From an uncultured Chloroflexia bacterium (GTDB taxonomy: Bacteria; Chloroflexota; Anaerolineae; JAAYZQ01): a DNA stretch of 64,000 bases. The stretch is from the NCBI GenBank assembly GCA_963700285.1, contig CAVOXA010000001.1, positions 960,001 to 1,024,000 of the forward strand, in the 5' to 3' direction. Positions 59,990 through 64,000 of this stretch are shown here, one piece after another. Under the pieces are notes generated by a model that saw nothing but the letters and a program-made list of their open reading frames with translations, searched no databases and was not told the DNA's origin. Both the position numbers and the translations under genes were made by a program. The stretch's first letter is position 1; every line of letters starts with the position of its first letter.

Positions 59990-60500
59990 TCAGCGCAACA
60001 TTTGGTCGAGTTCAGCAAATGCCGTCCGAGCCATCAGGCCGAGACTGAGGGGCGTCACGGACTCTGAATGGTTGTAATGGTATTTTTAGTCGGTCTCCAG
60101 GCTGCAGGGCTGGCACGCCACCGTCGGCGGCTTCCAGCGCTTCGCTTACCGTGCCGGATGTGGTGATTCCCGAGCCGACGTTTTCGCCAAAATTGATGCC
60201 CGAAATACAGAGCGCTGGCCGTCGGGGAACCAGTTCCAGCAAGGCGTACAGGACCGCCTGGGCAGGCGAGCCGTGAATGGCATAGGCCGGCACGCGCCGG
60301 TGGTCGACAGTGTAGGCTATGACGTGGATGGCACCGTCGTTGAAGGTGGGCAGGCTGCGCCCAGCGCCCGATTGCTGCTCGCAGGGCGCCGAAACAATGA
60401 CCTCGCCCAAGTTGAGGGCTGCGTGCACTGCCGCGCGCAGCCCAGGGGATTCGATACCGTCGTCACAAGTTGCCAGGATCAGGGGCCGTTCCCTTGACAC
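59990..60500 (-). pseudogene. surE: surE 5'/3'-nucleotidase pseudogene
   Basis: DDGI.SPG, QSG.G, SGINFGEN.G....SGT; then a frameshift, an in-frame TAA and an apparent internal deletion before the C-terminal VTPLSL. Confidence 0.8.
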
Positions 60501-60530
60501 GATGAGTCTTTTCTCCTTGTGTAGGAAAGG

Positions 60531-60998
60531 CTACCTGCTTTCCAGCCAATTGCCGATGATGATATACCGAAAGCTATGGCCACCCAGGCAGCGTGCCGCC
60601 CCCCACAGCCCATAGAGGATGGTCACAGCCCAGATACCCAGGGGCACGACCATCAGTAACATGCCGCCCCATAAACCGGCCAGCATGGCCTCTTCGGAAG
60701 CCGGATTGGCAAAGAGGGGGACAAAGATCATTGCCATCCACAGAGCTCCCCAGCAGCACCAGGCGGCCATCGTTATCGCGAGAACAATGGTTTGGTAGAC
60801 CAGCGCCTGGAGCGCCTGACCTGTCGCGTAGGTTGATTTCTCTTTCTGGGTCAGCCAGATCACCAGTGCTGCGAGAATCCCACCGATGCCATTGGTGAAC
60901 AGTCCCAGGACAATACTGCCATGGGCCAGCCCTGCCACCGTCCTCTCATCCCGACTAACGGTCTCTTCCATGCTTTTGCTGTCCTCCTCGTTCTTCAA
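60531..60998 (-). CDS. DUF4870-like membrane protein
   Basis: DERT.A.LAH, IWL..KEKS, QALQAL.YQ, G..FRY.IIG. Confidence 0.75.
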   Translation of the reverse strand: MKNEEDSKSMEETVSRDERTVAGLAHGSIVLGLFTNGIGGILAALVIWLTQKEKSTYATGQALQALVYQTIVLAITMAAWCCWGALWMAMIFVPLFANPASEEAMLAGLWGGMLLMVVPLGIWAVTILYGLWGAARCLGGHSFRYIIIGNWLESR

Positions 60999-61054
60999 TA
61001 CCGAATGTGAACCAGCCTGCGACTGTTGCGCCTCCCAACCAGAACCATCGATAT

Positions 61055-61579
61055 CTAGTTCGCGGAAGCTGCGGATGTGGCTGCGACGGTGGCAGCCTCT
61101 TCCTGACCGCGGGTGTGGACCAGGTAGTACGCAAAGACTACCAAGTTTTCATCCAAGGGACTGGTGACGGTCAGATAGGCCCCTTCCCGGAAGATGCCGC
61201 GCGGCCTGATCTCAAGCAACCTGGCGCCTGTAGCGTCCGTCAGGTACCAGCCATCCTTCAGGATGCCTTCGGGCCGCAACCGGTACTGCTGTCCCTCAAA
61301 GTCGATGATCAGGTCACGGCCAAAGACTCCCGGGCGATCAGCGGAGCCGCGTACGGTACCTCCATCCAGCATCTCATGGGCGGTCCCAAGCCAGTGTACC
61401 TTGTGCATCACCAACTCGTGGCCATCCTTTCGGCGAAAGGTACCCTGATCGCTGAAGGCAGGAAAGACGAGTTCGCCCCGGTTTCCGGAAGGTGTGTCAA
61501 AATAGTGGTGGGTCGTGAAAAATCCGGTGGTGTTTACCTCGATCTCATGGAGCAGGGACTTTGCCATTCTGTCCTCCAT
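61055..61579 (-). CDS. Hypothetical protein
   Basis: Intact ORF co-oriented with its neighbours; GAAGG/GGTGG RBS-like sequence upstream. Confidence 0.7.
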   Translation of the reverse strand: MEDRMAKSLLHEIEVNTTGFFTTHHYFDTPSGNRGELVFPAFSDQGTFRRKDGHELVMHKVHWLGTAHEMLDGGTVRGSADRPGVFGRDLIIDFEGQQYRLRPEGILKDGWYLTDATGARLLEIRPRGIFREGAYLTVTSPLDENLVVFAYYLVHTRGQEEAATVAATSAASAN

Positions 61580-61612
61580 TACCACAACTGGCCACCTTCA
61601 GCGCGGCTATCA

Positions 61613-62758
61613 TCATGCCTCGGAAAGTAGCGCTGCTGGACCGGCATTCTCCTCGTCCAGTTCAGGCTTATCGGGCGCGGACCAGATCTTGCGCCCAAGG
61701 ATGAGGATCGCGGCAACGACCAGCGCCCAGACCAGCAGACCATAGATCCCGACGCCAAAGCTACGTACAGGGTCATCCGCTCGAACCACCATCAGGGTCA
61801 GGAAAGACAAGACCTGGTTGTTCAGCGCGTGGAGCCAAGCCGCGAGCCAGATGCTCCCTGACACGAGCACGGCAAAGCCAAAGAAGAAAGCCAGGGCGAT
61901 GGTATACAGCGTCATCAACAGTATCCCAAGTACTGGATAGCCAGGGTAGTTGTGGCCCATGGCGATTATGGGGGCATGCCACAGGCCCCAGATCACGCCT
62001 ACAAGCAGGATGCCGCGCACTTTGCCCAGCTTGACCAGCTCACCCTGCAGGTAGCCCCGCCATCCGTATTCCTCGCCAAAGGCAATGAGTAGGGCCAGGA
62101 AAGGGGCAAGCAAAACAGACTGCACGCCGGTCACCAACAAGAGTGCTGCGTTCGAGATGCCCTCCATACCTGTGGCCTGGCCGCCGGCCAGTTCCTTCAG
62201 CATGATCTGAGCGTCGACGGTCTGGCCCAAGCCAAACAGGAGGTTCAGCCCCGCCATGGCTACATAGATAAGGGCGAGCACAGTGCCGAAAAGGACCCAG
62301 TATTTCACCTTTCCACCGCTCAGCCCCACCCGGCCGAAAGCCTCCTTCCCCGAGAAGATGCGCAGGACGACCAGAAAGACGAGTCCTCCAATGCTTAGCG
62401 CCTGGACGATCACACTGGCGATGGTCTGGTAGGTCTTGTCCGGGACAAAGAGAACGCTCAGGGCCAGGGCGGCGTACACCGCGGCGTAGACCAGGTATAA
62501 GTAAAAGAACCAGTGGGGCCGCTCCCGGAGATGGTAGATGCGACTGCTTCTAAACAGGAATAGCTGGAGGGCGATGGCGACCGTAGCCGGGATCAGCATC
62601 TGTACCTGAAGAATCAGGCCCGTCCCCGCGTTCTGACCGTAGCTCTGGGTTTGATACAGCAATAGGTTCAAAGCATAAGTGAGGCCGAAGGTAAGGCCCA
62701 CAAAGAGCGTCACCTGCCGCCAGTTGACTCGTGATGTCTGCGTCTGATTTGCTTGCAT
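61613..62758 (-). CDS. CPBP (Abi/CAAX) intramembrane metalloprotease
   Basis: GEEYGWRG, WGLWH, HALNN; AAAGGTG RBS. Confidence 0.92.
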   Translation of the reverse strand: MQANQTQTSRVNWRQVTLFVGLTFGLTYALNLLLYQTQSYGQNAGTGLILQVQMLIPATVAIALQLFLFRSSRIYHLRERPHWFFYLYLVYAAVYAALALSVLFVPDKTYQTIASVIVQALSIGGLVFLVVLRIFSGKEAFGRVGLSGGKVKYWVLFGTVLALIYVAMAGLNLLFGLGQTVDAQIMLKELAGGQATGMEGISNAALLLVTGVQSVLLAPFLALLIAFGEEYGWRGYLQGELVKLGKVRGILLVGVIWGLWHAPIIAMGHNYPGYPVLGILLMTLYTIALAFFFGFAVLVSGSIWLAAWLHALNNQVLSFLTLMVVRADDPVRSFGVGIYGLLVWALVVAAILILGRKIWSAPDKPELDEENAGPAALLSEA

Positions 62759-63063
62759 TAAACACCTTTCTTTGCTGAAACGTTTTCATTTGCTTGCTGG
62801 ACCGAAGCGCAGCGCCGAGCGCAGTGTGGGTGGCTAGCAGTAGACCCGGGACATACATGATGGCCTAGCCCGGAACTGTGCTTCCTCAGCGCTAATCCGC
62901 CTGAATTGTACCACGGCTTGCATGGCCTTTGCTGACATTGGGCTGACAACAGGAAACTAGAACCGGGGCAGATCCTGGCATAGCAAGGCTCCTACCTTCC
63001 GGTTAGGGCCTGTACGTTCGGGTAACGTGTCCCTGGCTGCGTGCGGGCTTGAGCTTGGTTCGC

Positions 63064-64000
63064 CTATTGTTTCTTGCCCCACCCCTCTCGCAGCACCCTG
63101 AGCACGTTTTGGCCCCAGATCTTGCCGATTTCCTCAACGTCATAGCCTTCGGCTATCATTCGCTGGGTGAGATTGGGAAAGAGCGAAGCGTCGCTCAAGT
63201 CATCGGGGGGATCGGTAAATCCGTCAAAGTCACTGCCGATGGCGACGTGGTCGATGCCCGCCACGCGGACGAAATGGTTGAGGGTACGGGCGATAAAGTT
63301 CAGGCCACGTTTCGTCTCATGGGGCATCAGCCAGTAGTTCATAAAGATCACGCCGGCCACGCCGCCACTGTCTGCTATCTTTTTTATCTCCCAGTCTTTT
63401 AGATTGTAGGGGCTGGGGTTGACCTCGTAGGCGCCGACATGCGAGGCGATGATGGGCAGGCGGTTGCCAACGATTTCATAGATTCGTCTGCGGGCAGGCG
63501 GTGTGCAGTGGACGATATCCAGGATCATGCCCAACTCGATCATCTCTTCAATGACTTCTTCCCCAAAGGGCTTCAGCCCCAGTGCCACGTTGCGGCCCCC
63601 CTTGAAACAGCCCAGGTTCTGCACGCTCTCGGGAAAGGGAAAACAGGGATGTACAGCGTCGTTCTCGTAGAAATGGCCCAAGGTCAAGTAGGCAGCACCC
63701 CGGTCGAACAGGCGTTTCACGTTGCCAATGTCGCCGTCCAGGCTGTGGGCGCCCTCGATATTGTGAACCACGGCGATGGGCCTGTCGTCGCCCATCGCCA
63801 GGATTTCGTCCAATTCCTGGACCGTCCGAGCTACCCTGGCCAACGGCTTCCCGGTCTCGGGGTCTGCAGCCTCCCCTATCTGTCTCTCCATCGTGTCCAT
63901 CATGTCGGCAGTGACATCAAAGTAGGTTCGCGAGAAGACCCGTTTCCAGGCGGAGGGCAGAACGTAGCGCAGCATTCTTAGGTACCGGCATTCTTCCAGT
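63064..64000 (-). CDS. Membrane dipeptidase (peptidase M19), 5' end outside the window
   Basis: IEG, D.VH, ASH, GSDFDG, G.N.LRV; frame is open to the window edge. Confidence 0.9.
   Translation of the reverse strand, partial: LEECRYLRMLRYVLPSAWKRVFSRTYFDVTADMMDTMERQIGEAADPETGKPLARVARTVQELDEILAMGDDRPIAVVHNIEGAHSLDGDIGNVKRLFDRGAAYLTLGHFYENDAVHPCFPFPESVQNLGCFKGGRNVALGLKPFGEEVIEEMIELGMILDIVHCTPPARRRIYEIVGNRLPIIASHVGAYEVNPSPYNLKDWEIKKIADSGGVAGVIFMNYWLMPHETKRGLNFIARTLNHFVRVAGIDHVAIGSDFDGFTDPPDDLSDASLFPNLTQRMIAEGYDVEEIGKIWGQNVLRVLREGWGKKQ

Overview
GC-rich bacterial chromosomal DNA. Gene content and protein style suggest an anaerobic Chloroflexota/Anaerolineae-like organism (inference). There are four blocks. 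(1) 0.2-22 kb (+): an accessory catabolic island with a peptide-type ABC permease carrying a deletion scar, oxidoreductases, amidohydrolases, two PLP aminotransferases, a LarA-family nickel-pincer enzyme, MlrC, an ADP-forming acyl-CoA ligase, a DRE-TIM enzyme and a GlcF/GlcD-like pair. (2) 22-47 kb (-): the dcw cluster mraZ-rsmH-ftsL-ftsI-murF-mraY-murD-ftsW-murG-(cvpA-like)-murC-murB-ddl-ftsQ-ftsA-ftsZ, then nrdR-nrdJ, a DUF218 gene, a radical SAM gene and an MBL hydrolase. (3) 47-60 kb (mostly +): tRNA-Ser(GGA), then nusA-ylxR-infB-rbfA-nrnA-truB-ribF::archease-rtcB-sfsA and a lipoprotein. (4) 60-64 kb (-): a surE pseudogene, membrane proteins and a dipeptidase. Several essential genes (ftsZ, ftsA, mraY, nrdR, nrdJ) have 1-nt frameshifts that are most likely sequencing errors. 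The main leads are: an NrdR-box pair directly behind the ftsL-ftsI promoter with the same geometry as at nrdR-nrdJ (possible dNTP-to-division coupling); a TGTTAAT element at a fixed position upstream of three dcw promoters; an in-frame RibF-archease fusion ahead of RtcB; and a ~270-nt multi-hairpin RNA candidate before truB. No CRISPR array or mobile element was seen. All calls come from reading the sequence and motifs; no database searches were run.
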